Positions 9,313 through 18,774 of a stretch of DNA of 64,000 nt are shown piece by piece. Source of the stretch: an uncultured Verrucomicrobiae bacterium (GTDB taxonomy: Bacteria > Verrucomicrobiota > Verrucomicrobiia > Limisphaerales > Palsa-1400); NCBI GenBank assembly GCA_963764165.1, contig CAVXRD010000001.1, positions 896,001 through 960,000 of the forward strand. The letters run 5' to 3'. The notes below the pieces were generated by a model. The model did not search any database, had not been told where the DNA came from, and worked only from the letters and a program-made list of their open reading frames with translations. How positions within the stretch are numbered: position 1 is the first letter of the stretch; every line of letters starts with the position of its first letter. Position numbers and translations under genes: made by a program.

Positions 9313-10914
9313 ATGTCTGAGAGTTACACCGATTCCCAATTGCTGAAGCGTTACGTTTGCGATGGCGCGGACGACGCTTTTGCGATCGTGGTGCAGCGCC
9401 ACATGCCAATGGTTTACGGGGTGGCGCTCAGGCGCACGGCGGATTCGGCGCTGGCGGGCGAGGTGGCGCAGCAGGTCTTTATCCTGCTGGCCAAACGCGC
9501 TGTCTGGCTGGCGAGCCATCCTTCCCTCGGCGGATGGCTGCATCGAACCGCCGTCCATCTTGCCCAGCACGAGCAGCGCGGCGAAATCCGCCGCCGGCAA
9601 CGCGAGGGAACCGCAATTCAAATTGGCGCCTGCATGAAATCCGACGAATCCATCCTCTCCACCATCATGCCTGTTCTGGACGAAGTGCTGCTGGAATTGC
9701 GCGACGCTGACCGCGAAGTGCTGGTGCTTCGCTATTTCGGTGACAAATCGCTGCGCGAAGTGGGCGCGGCGCTTGGCATCACCGAAGACACCGCGCAAAA
9801 ACGCGTGGCCAGGGCGCTCGATGCCCTTACGGAAAGATTCCGCCGCCGCGGATTTGCGCTCGCGGGCGCGGCGGTAGTGGCGCTGGCATTGCAGCCATCC
9901 CCAGCCCACGCCGTTCCCGCAGGCTTGGCCGCGGGAACGGCGAAGGCAGCGCTGGCGGTGGGAGGGGCCCATACTTTTGGGCATTTCACAATTCCAATCA
10001 TTAAGTATATGAGCCTTACCAAACTCCAAACGGCCGCCCTTTGCTTGACGCTTGCCGGCCTGCCGCTGGGTTATCAATTGCATTCGCTAGTGCGTGCCCG
10101 CAAGGAATCCAGCCAGCTCAATTCCAAACTCTCTGCGCTGCGCCTTGAAATTCTCAAGAACGAGCACGCCAGCGCACGAACGGCTGGCAAGATCGCCAGC
10201 CTGGAAGCGCAGGCCTTGCGGAACTCGACAGTCAATAAAACATCCAAGGCACCCGCTCCCAAACTGGACATTTACGCCTGGGATGAAAATTCGCCTTACG
10301 TCCGCCTGCCAAAATCCGTGATGGCGAAGATTCGTTTCGCGCCCTTCGCCGAACGCATCGGGCAGGATGGCAAAACGAATCGCTACCAATTGCCGCCGCT
10401 GGAAGGTGACGGATCGCCCCGGCCCGCCCTCGAAGCGGCGCTCGGCCTTTCCGATGACGAGGCAAAACAATTGCGCGAATTGTGCCAAAACGAATTCAAG
10501 CAATTTCAACAGTTGGCCGCCTCGCACAGCCAAATTACGGAAGGGACTTTTGCCAATGGCAGCAAGCCGACGGTGACCATGGACACTGCCGCCTTCGCCG
10601 ACGAAGGCGCGCAGGTCCGGGATCAGTATCAGGCGCAAGTGGCCGCGCTGATCGGCCAGGATCGGGCTGAGGCGTTCTGGGAGCAGGCGACGCCCATGTT
10701 CCAGGATTTGTTCAACGATTTCGGCGCGAATGGGAGGAAATTGATGCTCATTGATAATCCCGCCGGACTGGAATTGATGAACAGCGACAGCAGGGGATCC
10801 ACCATCGGCTCGCTGAGCCAGCTTAACGGAATGCCGCTGCCGCCCCAACTGCAAGCCTATGCCGACACTTGGGCGGCCCAGCAAAATAATCCCTCGCCTG
10901 CGAAACAACCCTAA
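9313..10914 (+). CDS. ECF sigma factor fused to a transmembrane segment and a long extracytoplasmic C-terminal domain
   Basis: Sigma2 (AFAIVVQRHMPMVYGVALR, QQVF, GWLHR) and sigma4 (DREVLVLRYF...SLREVGAALGITEDTAQKRVARAL), followed by hydrophobic/Ala-rich segments, a coiled coil and a ~230-aa domain. Confidence 0.9.
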   Translation: MSESYTDSQLLKRYVCDGADDAFAIVVQRHMPMVYGVALRRTADSALAGEVAQQVFILLAKRAVWLASHPSLGGWLHRTAVHLAQHEQRGEIRRRQREGTAIQIGACMKSDESILSTIMPVLDEVLLELRDADREVLVLRYFGDKSLREVGAALGITEDTAQKRVARALDALTERFRRRGFALAGAAVVALALQPSPAHAVPAGLAAGTAKAALAVGGAHTFGHFTIPIIKYMSLTKLQTAALCLTLAGLPLGYQLHSLVRARKESSQLNSKLSALRLEILKNEHASARTAGKIASLEAQALRNSTVNKTSKAPAPKLDIYAWDENSPYVRLPKSVMAKIRFAPFAERIGQDGKTNRYQLPPLEGDGSPRPALEAALGLSDDEAKQLRELCQNEFKQFQQLAASHSQITEGTFANGSKPTVTMDTAAFADEGAQVRDQYQAQVAALIGQDRAEAFWEQATPMFQDLFNDFGANGRKLMLIDNPAGLELMNSDSRGSTIGSLSQLNGMPLPPQLQAYADTWAAQQNNPSPAKQP

Positions 10915-10925
10915 CCACGGCCGTT

Positions 10926-11837
10926 ATGAAAAAACTAGTCATTGCCGTCGCCATCGCCGTCATTGGCGTCCTGGTGTGGAAGCATCAGGCAACCGGTCTG
11001 CGTTCCGTGGACGTGCAGAACAGTCGTTTGGCTGCCGCGGTTGCGGAACTGGAAGCCCGCGCCGCGGCTGCGAAATCAAAATCCGATGCCGCAGAGCAAC
11101 GCCTTGCCGCGATCCGGTCTGAATCCCTCCGCACGCCCATTGCGAAAACTGGCGGCGATCCCCGCGAAATCGCGGATACTCACGCGCCCCCCGATCCCGA
11201 TCCGTCGCGCAACGGCGGCTGGCCTGCTGGCGCAAGCTTCATGTATCTGCCGAAGCAATACTTGACGAACGCCTCATTTCGATTGTTTGAGGGCGGCAGG
11301 CTGACAGATGAAGCGGCGGCGCTTTACGGCATGTCCCCCGGGGAACGTGACGCGACGGAAAAAGCGTTCGACTATCTGGTGGAAGAATTTCACAAGATCG
11401 AAATCTCGAAAATGGCAGCGGTTGACCCGCCCGCCGGATGGGGGCCGCTGGCCAATTCCGACACACCCTCAGCCATGCATTTTGATTCGGCGCTGACGTA
11501 TCAAATCCCGGATTTGACCCAGGACATCAACGCCGCGCGCGCCGGATTTGCGGATCAATTGCAACAGGCGCTCGGACAGTCGCGGGCGCAAATGCTTTCG
11601 TCGGCCGCGAGTTCATACCTCGCCGACAATCTCAACGATCTTGGCTCGGGAGATCGCATTGTCGGCTTCATGTGGGAGCCGGAATCGGATGGGACGCATT
11701 CGCTGTGGTACGCGCAGGCGGGCGGCGGCGCCGGGCAGGGATCGTTTCAATTGGTGCAACCCGACCTGGACCCGAATTCGCAAATCGCCTACTACGCCCG
11801 GCTTTTCGGCGTGCCGCTGCCGCAAAAATCCCAATAG
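10926..11837 (+). CDS. Membrane-anchored protein paralogous to the C-terminal domain of the upstream ECF sigma factor
   Basis: N-terminal TM segment and coiled coil; W....YxxLPK, GxSxxE and GQxRA...LNDxG blocks shared with 9313-10914. Confidence 0.75.
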   Translation: MKKLVIAVAIAVIGVLVWKHQATGLRSVDVQNSRLAAAVAELEARAAAAKSKSDAAEQRLAAIRSESLRTPIAKTGGDPREIADTHAPPDPDPSRNGGWPAGASFMYLPKQYLTNASFRLFEGGRLTDEAAALYGMSPGERDATEKAFDYLVEEFHKIEISKMAAVDPPAGWGPLANSDTPSAMHFDSALTYQIPDLTQDINAARAGFADQLQQALGQSRAQMLSSAASSYLADNLNDLGSGDRIVGFMWEPESDGTHSLWYAQAGGGAGQGSFQLVQPDLDPNSQIAYYARLFGVPLPQKSQ

Positions 11838-11848
11838 TTGACGCGCTG

Positions 11849-12553
11849 TTACGGAACCACCTGCTTGATTCGCAGGAAAACATTCGGGCCGCAAATCTGG
11901 TCCAGCCGCTCGAAGCTGGTCGTGTTCGTCCCGGAAAAGGTGTTGCTGCTCGTCGTGCCAAACGTGTTCGTGTAACCCGGCACGGTCGCCCAAACTCCAG
12001 AAGCGAGATTCGAGCTGTATTGCGGGAGAAGCTGCATCGTGTTTGTCCCGCCGAAAAACGTCAGCACGATATTGCTGGACACAGTTGTTTTCAACACGCG
12101 GGTGGGCGCCGGCGCTTGCGGCGGTGTGACGTTAATCACCCCGTAAAACGTGTGGAAATTGCAGATATAATAGAGTCTTGCGGGATAATTAGCGGCCGGA
12201 ATCGCCACCGTGATGGTTCCGCTGCTCACTGCCTGGGCGCTGGCCCCGGAATAGTGCGCGCTCGTCGTCGGATTTGTGCAGATATCCACCGGATGAATGG
12301 AAGCGGAGTTGATGGTGAATTGGTAAGTTGCGCCTGCCGAGACGGTGAAGTTGTAGCTGTCGTCGACATTGGCGTCTTGTGCGGCCTGTCCCGAGCTTTG
12401 ACCGTTGACGACAAATTCATATTCACTGCCTGGGGTGGTGACGGTGAAATTTGGCGGCGAGACGGTCACCTGCTGCTGCGCCTGCGATGCTTGCCAAAGG
12501 GCCGTCATGGCCGAAATTACGATAAATGTGGTCAGCCTGTTGATATGTTTCAT
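11849..12553 (-). CDS. Secreted cupredoxin-like protein with Verrucomicrobia-type C-terminal domain
   Basis: Signal peptide; SIHPV ... LYYICNFH pattern of His/Cys/His copper-type ligands; ends QYSSNL..W...VFLRIKQ. Confidence 0.7.
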   Translation of the reverse strand: MKHINRLTTFIVISAMTALWQASQAQQQVTVSPPNFTVTTPGSEYEFVVNGQSSGQAAQDANVDDSYNFTVSAGATYQFTINSASIHPVDICTNPTTSAHYSGASAQAVSSGTITVAIPAANYPARLYYICNFHTFYGVINVTPPQAPAPTRVLKTTVSSNIVLTFFGGTNTMQLLPQYSSNLASGVWATVPGYTNTFGTTSSNTFSGTNTTSFERLDQICGPNVFLRIKQVVP

Positions 12554-12569
12554 TTGTGGTCTTTTCAGG

Positions 12570-12597
12570 TATGAGCAAAAGATCGAGAATTTGTTCC
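12570..12597 (-). promoter_or_regulatory. ECF-type promoter of the cupredoxin-like gene
   Basis: Minus strand GGAACA-N16-CTCATA; both boxes are identical to those at 12798-12825. Confidence 0.7.
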
Positions 12598-12797
12598 CAA
12601 AAAACGTGCGATTGCTCGAAAACTTGGAATTAGTGTGACAAGGGAGGTCGAGCCGAAGCGACAATGGGAAGGAAAGACGGGCTTGCACCTGGCATACGAC
12701 GGGAAAGCGTTGGTACCCGGCGCTCCAACACAGGCGCAAACCCATACGTTTGATGAACGGGCTTCCAATTTGTTCCAAACTTTTATAAAGATTTTCA

Positions 12798-12825
12798 GGA
12801 ACATTTTGCTGTTTTGTGACTCATA
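12798..12825 (+). promoter_or_regulatory. ECF-type autoregulatory promoter
   Basis: GGAACA-N16-CTCATA ending 14 nt before the sigma ATG at 12840. Confidence 0.7.
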
Positions 12826-12839
12826 ATTAATAAACACGT

Positions 12840-13361
12840 ATGCCAGGCCCGGAATTTGAATCGGTGGTGGCGGGTCATTATGAGCCGCTCTACCGCTTCG
12901 CCATGAGTTTGACTCATTCAGAGCCCGATGCATGCGATTTGACTCAGCAGACGTTTTATATGTGGGCCACCAAAGGGCACCAGCTCAGGGACCAGTCCAA
13001 GGTGAAATCGTGGCTCTTCACGACGCTCTACCGCGCCTTCCTGGAAACGCGCCGCTCTCACGCCCGTTTTCCCCACTCGGAATTGTCGGCGGTCGATGGC
13101 GAATTGCCCGTGATCCATCCCCAGGCCGCGCGCCAATTGGATGCAGCCCACGCGGTCGAAGCGCTCGGGCGGGTGGATGAAGTCTATCGCGCGCCGGTCG
13201 CTTTATTTTACATGGAAGATTGTTCGTATCAGGAAATCGCCAATATTTTGGATGTTCCCATCGGCACCGTCAAATCGCGTCTGGCACGGGGCCTGGCGCA
13301 ATTGAAGAACCTCGTCACCGGCAGCGGCACAGCGCAAAGCCAAGCGGGAGGAGAAATGTGA
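12840..13361 (+). CDS. ECF RNA polymerase sigma factor
   Basis: LYRFAMSL, DACDLTQQTF, KSWLF, SYQEIANILDVPIGTVKSRLARG. Confidence 0.95.
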   Translation: MPGPEFESVVAGHYEPLYRFAMSLTHSEPDACDLTQQTFYMWATKGHQLRDQSKVKSWLFTTLYRAFLETRRSHARFPHSELSAVDGELPVIHPQAARQLDAAHAVEALGRVDEVYRAPVALFYMEDCSYQEIANILDVPIGTVKSRLARGLAQLKNLVTGSGTAQSQAGGEM

Positions 13362-14110
13362 CGATCGCCGAAGCCAAAGAAATTCTCGTCTTGTTCCGGC
13401 CCGGTTCGGCGGATGAGACGGATCCGGATTTTCGCCAGGCGCTGCAACTGGCCAAGAGCGATCCCGAATTGCGCGCTTGGTTTGAGGACCATTGCGAATC
13501 GTACCGGATCATGCGCGGGAAAATGCGCAGCATCCCGGTTCCGGCGGGATTGAAGGAGCAAATCATTTCCGAGCGCAAGGTGCAGCGTTTGTCGATGCTC
13601 AAGCACTGGCGTCCGATCCTTGCCGCCGCCGCTGCTTTGGCATTACTGATTTCGGTGAAAATGGGAGCCTGGCATCGCGGGCCGGAACCGTTCGCCGCTT
13701 ATTGCGCGCAAATGACGGAAAGCGCGCTGCAAAGATACGGGATGGATAAGCTTTCGACGAATGCGCTGGAAATCGGAAGTTTTCTGGCGGAGAGCGAGGC
13801 GCCGACAAATTACACGCTGCCAAATGGCCTGAAGACCACCCAGTTAGTGGGCTGCGCCGTAAAGAGCTGGCAAGACAAGCGCGTTTCCATGCTCTGCTTC
13901 AAAACCGGCCGTCCCCTTCCGCCGGGCGACCAGAGTGACTTGTGGTTGTTTGTCGCGGACCGCGATAAATTGAAAGGCAGCCCGCCGCCGGGAGGTCCAG
14001 TCTTCGGCCGCGTCGATCAGGCCACCATCGCGACGTGGTCCGATGACAAGAAGGTCTATTTGCTGGCGGCGGTAAGCGACGAGGCGCTCCTCGGAAAATT
14101 CGTTCAGTGA
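13358..14110 (+). CDS. Putative anti-sigma factor (single transmembrane segment)
   Basis: GTGA overlap with the sigma stop; cytoplasmic N-domain, TM segment (ILAAAAALALLISV) and periplasmic domain with a Cys pair. Confidence 0.75.
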   Translation: MTIAEAKEILVLFRPGSADETDPDFRQALQLAKSDPELRAWFEDHCESYRIMRGKMRSIPVPAGLKEQIISERKVQRLSMLKHWRPILAAAAALALLISVKMGAWHRGPEPFAAYCAQMTESALQRYGMDKLSTNALEIGSFLAESEAPTNYTLPNGLKTTQLVGCAVKSWQDKRVSMLCFKTGRPLPPGDQSDLWLFVADRDKLKGSPPPGGPVFGRVDQATIATWSDDKKVYLLAAVSDEALLGKFVQ

Positions 14111-14288
14111 GCAGCGATGCCGTCAAAGAAGCAAGTCGTTAAATCCAAACCAGCTTCTCAGAGGCGGAGAAAACGCGGGCTATCATTGCATAACGGGATG
14201 AACGTGCTCGAACTTCTCGGGCGGACTTCTTTGCGCTTGATTCTTCGATTCGGAAGGCTGACAATTGCAGCGAAAAAAGCGATGGATC

Positions 14289-14768
14289 ATGGGATTTTTC
14301 AGTCGCAAACCCAAAATACAGGACGAAGCGTTTAAGGACTTGGCGCATATGTTCTTTAATCTTCCCGATGATCCAACTCCTGGCTCTGAAAATCTGGACC
14401 GGAACGCCTTTGATTTTTCCGTTGAAAGCCTCGCTGTCGTCGATGACTACTTGGAAATGGTGCGCGATCGTGATTTTGACAACCGAGCCCTGACCAAAGT
14501 GATTCTTCGATCTGGTGCTTACGTTGGAGAAGTTATTCGAGGGCACATCAATACAGATCATTGGCTCGATTATAAGGAGGCATCGCGCCTGAGCTCTCAA
14601 ATCACGATGTTCGGCGAAGGCATAGGCACTGCCGGCATCTTATGGGACGGAAAGAGCGGGTTTACGTTCCCTCTTGCCAAAGTCATGAAGTTCCTCGAGA
14701 ACAGCCGCGAGGACAGTGTGAAATTCCTCGCTCAGGCCATTATCATCAGGGCAAAGGAGAACCCTTAG
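14289..14768 (+). CDS. Hypothetical protein (DUF3806-like)
   Basis: FDFSVESLAVVDDYL...GAYVGEVI...FPLAKVMK motif pattern. Confidence 0.6.
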   Translation: MGFFSRKPKIQDEAFKDLAHMFFNLPDDPTPGSENLDRNAFDFSVESLAVVDDYLEMVRDRDFDNRALTKVILRSGAYVGEVIRGHINTDHWLDYKEASRLSSQITMFGEGIGTAGILWDGKSGFTFPLAKVMKFLENSREDSVKFLAQAIIIRAKENP

Positions 14769-15001
14769 CGGCGCCGGGGTTTGGGGCGGCCATTTTCGGC
14801 CGCACGAATATCTTGCAATCCCACAATATGCAGCGGATCGAGAACAGCGGCATAGCCGTCCTTCTCCACAACTACTACTGTTCGCGGGTGGATGATGATG
14901 AACTCCGGATGGGGAACCACGAATTTATCTCCGCTTGAAGTCACAATCGCAAATGGCTTGAACCCTCCCGAAAGACGGCGGCGAATATGATCCACCTTCA
15001 T
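14765..15001 (-). CDS. Small hypothetical protein of a PVC-type family
   Basis: MKVDHIRRRL..FKPFAIVTSSG..FVVPHPE...HIV pattern; family assignment is recalled. Confidence 0.7.
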   Translation of the reverse strand: MKVDHIRRRLSGGFKPFAIVTSSGDKFVVPHPEFIIIHPRTVVVVEKDGYAAVLDPLHIVGLQDIRAAENGRPKPRRR

Positions 15002-15129
15002 ACGGCAAGCATGGTCGCCCGCCAATGATCCGTCAAGCTACGCGATGTCAGAATGCTACGGCGGATTGGGGGATGAGATTGGCCATCTGGGCACCCGGAC
15101 AATGCGCTCCCGAAACCGAATCTGGCACG

Positions 15130-15915
15130 TCATGCTAAATCGAAGCCGATAGTGGTATCATGAGTTCCCCTGAGAAAATGCATCGACTCGTCGAAATAGT
15201 ATTCAATGTTTTCGCGCAAGTGCTTTTGCCATGTGGCCACAGCCTCGCCGCGAAACCACGAATAGCAGGCGAGTCCGTAGCCGAATTGCGCTTCTGATAA
15301 ATAGCCGAGGCTGCTCGCGCTCCATCCCTGTCGGCGGCCATCTTGCCATTGGCTGAATTGAAACCTTGCGTTCGCAGTCAGAATCCCAGCTCCGAAATAA
15401 ACCGTGAGCAGATCAGTCAGGGGTTCGCTGTCCTTCGCGTCGCGTGTGATTCGTCCGTCAGCCAGCAGATGGACGTGCGCAAGCTCGTGGCAAATGGTTG
15501 CGGCCAAAGCGGCTGGGCGGTTCAATCCATTGGCATCCAACGCGATTATTAGCCGCCCGTCCTTGTCCGGGTGCACGTACAAACCAGCGGGGCCCGAACG
15601 CTGCGATGATCCATGAAACCAAGGCATCGCTTGGATCGGCTCCCGCTCCGAGTAATACTGCAGTTCAAGCCGAGACGGATCAACCAGCATGAAGCCGCAT
15701 AGTCGCTGAAACAAATCGTTCCCGTCCGCGTATGAACGATCCCACTTCTTTGGCAATAGTTCGGACGTGGGATCCAGCGGCGGGCGGCGAATTGGGTCGG
15801 GTCCGAACTGCTCTCGCAACCAAATTATTCGGCTCTCCATCCACGTTTTCTCTTCAGGAGTGAGATGGCAGGAAGGCTCCTTAAACTTCCGGGCGAGGTT
15901 GCGGAATAAGCCCAT
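15130..15915 (-). CDS. Hypothetical zinc-metallopeptidase-like protein
   Basis: HExxH motif ICHELAHVHL, followed by EPLTDL..YFGxGI and GYLS. Confidence 0.7.
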   Translation of the reverse strand: MGLFRNLARKFKEPSCHLTPEEKTWMESRIIWLREQFGPDPIRRPPLDPTSELLPKKWDRSYADGNDLFQRLCGFMLVDPSRLELQYYSEREPIQAMPWFHGSSQRSGPAGLYVHPDKDGRLIIALDANGLNRPAALAATICHELAHVHLLADGRITRDAKDSEPLTDLLTVYFGAGILTANARFQFSQWQDGRRQGWSASSLGYLSEAQFGYGLACYSWFRGEAVATWQKHLRENIEYYFDESMHFLRGTHDTTIGFDLA

Positions 15916-15939
15916 AAAGAGGCGAAATGGACCCTTTCA

Positions 15940-16545
15940 TCACAATTGCAATTTCGGAACATCCGGCACGTTGACAAGCCGCGACATGATCATTTCAAAA
16001 ATGCCGACGGCGGCAAAGATGATCGAGCAGATCCAAAGCGGCTTCTTTTTGGTCAGCAGGCACAGGGACGCCATGGCGATGGCTACGGAAAAAAACGAGC
16101 TGGCCAGCGCAAGGCTGCCGCCGATCTGGCTGGCGGCTTTCTGGCGGGCCTCGTATCTGTGGGCAGCTTCCCGGATATCATTCTTGCGGTCGTTGTAATC
16201 CTTGATTTTGGCATCATAGGTCTTCTGCATATCAGCGGTGTCATTGGCGGATGAACTCCTCACCAATTGCGCGCGGTTCAATTCAAACAGATGCTGCTTG
16301 ATCGATTGCGCCTGGTAAAAATTCCAAAAATCCGAAGCCTGCAATTGCGACATCTGGTTCAAGCTCGAGGATTTTCCGGCCCATTGCGTGCCGATGGAGG
16401 CGATGACGGCGAAGAGCACGACCGTAAAGGAAACGTATTTGGTCCACGCCTCCTTGCGCTCCTTTTCTTTTGCCGCCGCGCGGTCGGCCTTCAAATCCGC
16501 GATGAATTCCTTCAGTTCCGCCAATTCACTTTTCAGATCATCCAT
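15940..16545 (-). CDS. DUF4337-like membrane protein
   Basis: TM segment, ASDFWNFYQAQSIKQHL, coiled coil, then two C-terminal TM segments (IAMASLCLLTKKK). Confidence 0.75.
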   Translation of the reverse strand: MDDLKSELAELKEFIADLKADRAAAKEKERKEAWTKYVSFTVVLFAVIASIGTQWAGKSSSLNQMSQLQASDFWNFYQAQSIKQHLFELNRAQLVRSSSANDTADMQKTYDAKIKDYNDRKNDIREAAHRYEARQKAASQIGGSLALASSFFSVAIAMASLCLLTKKKPLWICSIIFAAVGIFEMIMSRLVNVPDVPKLQL

Positions 16546-16802
16546 ATAATATTCGTCAATTCTTACGAGACTGGTTCACGTAATGCAATCATTGCCGATT
16601 CACATTAAGTGGAGCGGCTGTGTTCGACGGAGCGAATCGATGGAGAATCAGCCGCAGCGCGCTGCGATCAATCAGCGCCTTTCGTTCAACGTGCTATAAC
16701 TGGTCTGCGACCCGGTCGCGCTCCTCCTAAGGCCTGCGTCCATCACCGCTTTTTATCACACCCGCGTGCACGCCAGTTGCACTGGCTGCTGCGCCGAAAC
16801 GA

Positions 16803-16839
16803 TTCAGTTGATGAAGAAAAACTCGTTGGAGATTAGGAG
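16803..16839 (-). repeat. Copy 1 (37 bp) of the 3' end of the PSD1/DUF1553 gene; att-like
   Basis: TTCAGTTGATGAAGAAAAACTCGTTGGAGATTAGGAG matches 27627-27663 with 1 mismatch. Confidence 0.9.
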
Positions 16840-17363
16840 GGAGGAGCGGCATCGTGCGCCTCAGTATAGGCGCCGTGGCGGTTGCGCGATGTGATCATTA
16901 TATAATCTCCAAAAAGGGGCAACACCCGCTACATTGTTGACTATAAGGCATTTAAGTAGCTACAAACTGGCAACAAACTGGCAACATGACCGTTACAACC
17001 AGCAACATTTTCGGAACATCGGGGAATTTCCACACCAAGGAAACAAAGGACACGAAGAATTTTGTCTCGCACGCCATTGATTTTGGGAGCGCGACCATCC
17101 GGGGTATTGGGCGATGTCCGGGGTCATGGGGCAATGAGGTTTTTGCCGCAAAAACCAAGGGTGCAATAGGGTGCAATAGCGTGCAACGCCCCAATCACGG
17201 TTTGGGTGTGATTTTAAGCGGGGAGGATATTTGGGCGGACACGCAGGTCCGCCCTGCCAAATTGAGGTAGGGCGGCGCTGCGTCGCCGCCGAAATATTAT
17301 TGAGGGCCTCCACCACATTCAATCATGCCCTCGCGGTTTATTAAGTCGCCCTGCCTAACACCA

Positions 17364-17697
17364 CAGGGCAGACGCATCTTAATTCTGTGGTAGGGACGCC
17401 TCGCCGAGATTGTCTCAAAACTACAAAATCCTCAAAGTGTGTCAATACTACGACTCTTTCATTTGCGATATGGCGCATTTTTATTTTCGGCGAGGGTGTT
17501 TTTGTGGTGCTTTTTAAAGCCGTTTTTGAGTTTTGAGACAGTCTCCGCCGAGGCGTCCGGTTGCGCGTGAAATGCTTCTGGCGTTGTGCATGAATGATGC
17601 CTCACCCCGGACGCCTCGGCGAGGCGTCCCTACCAATCAACGAGCTTGGCCTCGTTGATTTTCAATAGATTACAAGAATTAAGATGCGTCTGCCTTG
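17364..17697. mobile_element. ISAs1-type non-autonomous element (outer MITE)
   Basis: 23-bp terminal inverted repeats CAGGGCAGACGCATCTTAATTCT (22/23 match); 10-bp flanking duplication CCTAACACCA / CCTGACACCA. Confidence 0.75.
17406..17545. mobile_element. 140-bp MITE inserted into a REP palindrome
   Basis: 16-bp inverted repeats GAGA(T/C)TGTCTCAAAAC; 4-bp duplication CGCC; removing it restores GGGACGCCTCGCCGAGGCGTCCGG. Confidence 0.85.
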
Positions 17698-17749
17698 CCT
17701 GACACCACCCTGGGGCGCGAATCCGCAAAATGTCAAAGAACACGCCCAA

Positions 17750-18022
17750 GCAGCCCGTTAAAAAACTATGGACACTGCAGTTTCGCCAAAAGTGGCCCGC
17801 CGACAAGGCGGGACGAAGGAGCATGTCCAAACTGGACCTGTGACTGAGGAGCAACGCAGTCGCCGGGCCACTTTTGGCGAAACCCTTAGGGCTGAGGGCC
17901 TTTTGGCTCGGTTCTTTGTCGTTCCTCACTCCCAGATCCGTTCGGAAATGCTCGCTCGTCTCTCCGCGAACCAACCCAAAACTCCTCTCAGCTGCAATGT
18001 CCATAGTTCTTTAACGGGCTGC
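17750..18022. mobile_element. ~270-bp MITE
   Basis: 31-bp inverted repeats GCAGCCCGTTAAA(A/G)AACTATGGACA(C/T)TGCAG with 2 mismatches; CAA on both flanks. Confidence 0.8.
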
Positions 18023-18240
18023 CAACGGCAACAGGGAGAAAATAATGCCGCAAGCGCTTTTGTCAATTACTTTTGCAAATGCACGTTTCTGTGGTATATA
18101 TGGGAGCATGACAAACGAAATATCGATTGTCCGGGTGAGACCGGAGGCAAAAACATCAGCGGGGGCGCGGGGGGCGGGCCCTTCACGTTTTCAGTGGAAT
18201 GCGATGCTCTCACTGACGGTTGCTCCGAAAGCCTGTCCGT

Positions 18241-18467
18241 AAATCCCGAAGGGATTTTATCATTCAGCCCAGCGTTGGCTCGATTCTGAGAGGGCCTACG
18301 CTGGGTCATGGCGATTAAAAGTTCACAACCCTGAAAGGGTTGAATATCAGATGCTTATGGAGGCGATGCAACTCTTTCAGAGTTGATGGCTTCTTGGCGT
18401 TGACCCAGGGTAGCCCTCTCGGAATCGGGCAACCCTTGGCTAGATGATCCCAATCCCGTTGGGATTG
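18241..18467. repeat. Composite REP-like element of short palindromes
   Basis: AAATCCC-GAA-GGGATTT, CAACCCTGAAAGGGTTG, CAACTCTTTCAGAGTTG and CAATCCC-GTT-GGGATTG in mirror arrangement. Confidence 0.65.
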
Positions 18468-18552
18468 TTCGGCGGGTCGGGAACTGAAATACCACGCGGC
18501 TATTGCATTGAAAATGTGGAGGAACCGAAAAAGGCGTCGCCAACATACTGTA

Positions 18553-18684
18553 ATTGCATATTTTGACGTCACCCAATACAGGCGGATGTTTGCGGTTGCT
18601 TGATTGCGGGCGGCTGCGCAAGTCCGGGCGGCGATATCAAATCAGTTCGGAAGAAGGGGCAATGATCGCGACCAGAATATGTGA
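18553..18684. repeat. 132-bp direct repeat, copy A
   Basis: Aligns end to end with 19622-19753 with scattered substitutions. Confidence 0.9.
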
Positions 18685-18738
18685 ATACTCTAACTTAAAG
18701 CTGCCTTCAGAACTCATGCACCGAACGGATCGATGCGC

Positions 18739-18772
18739 TTGCGAAGCAGATGTCCAACGGATACGTTAGACA
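18739..18772 (+). promoter_or_regulatory. Toxin-antitoxin operon promoter with overlapping operator palindrome
   Basis: TTGCGA-N17-TACGTT; inverted repeat TGTCCAACG-GATA-CGTTAGACA (18751-18772) overlaps the -10 box; ATG at 18775. Confidence 0.65.
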
Positions 18773-18774
18773 CC

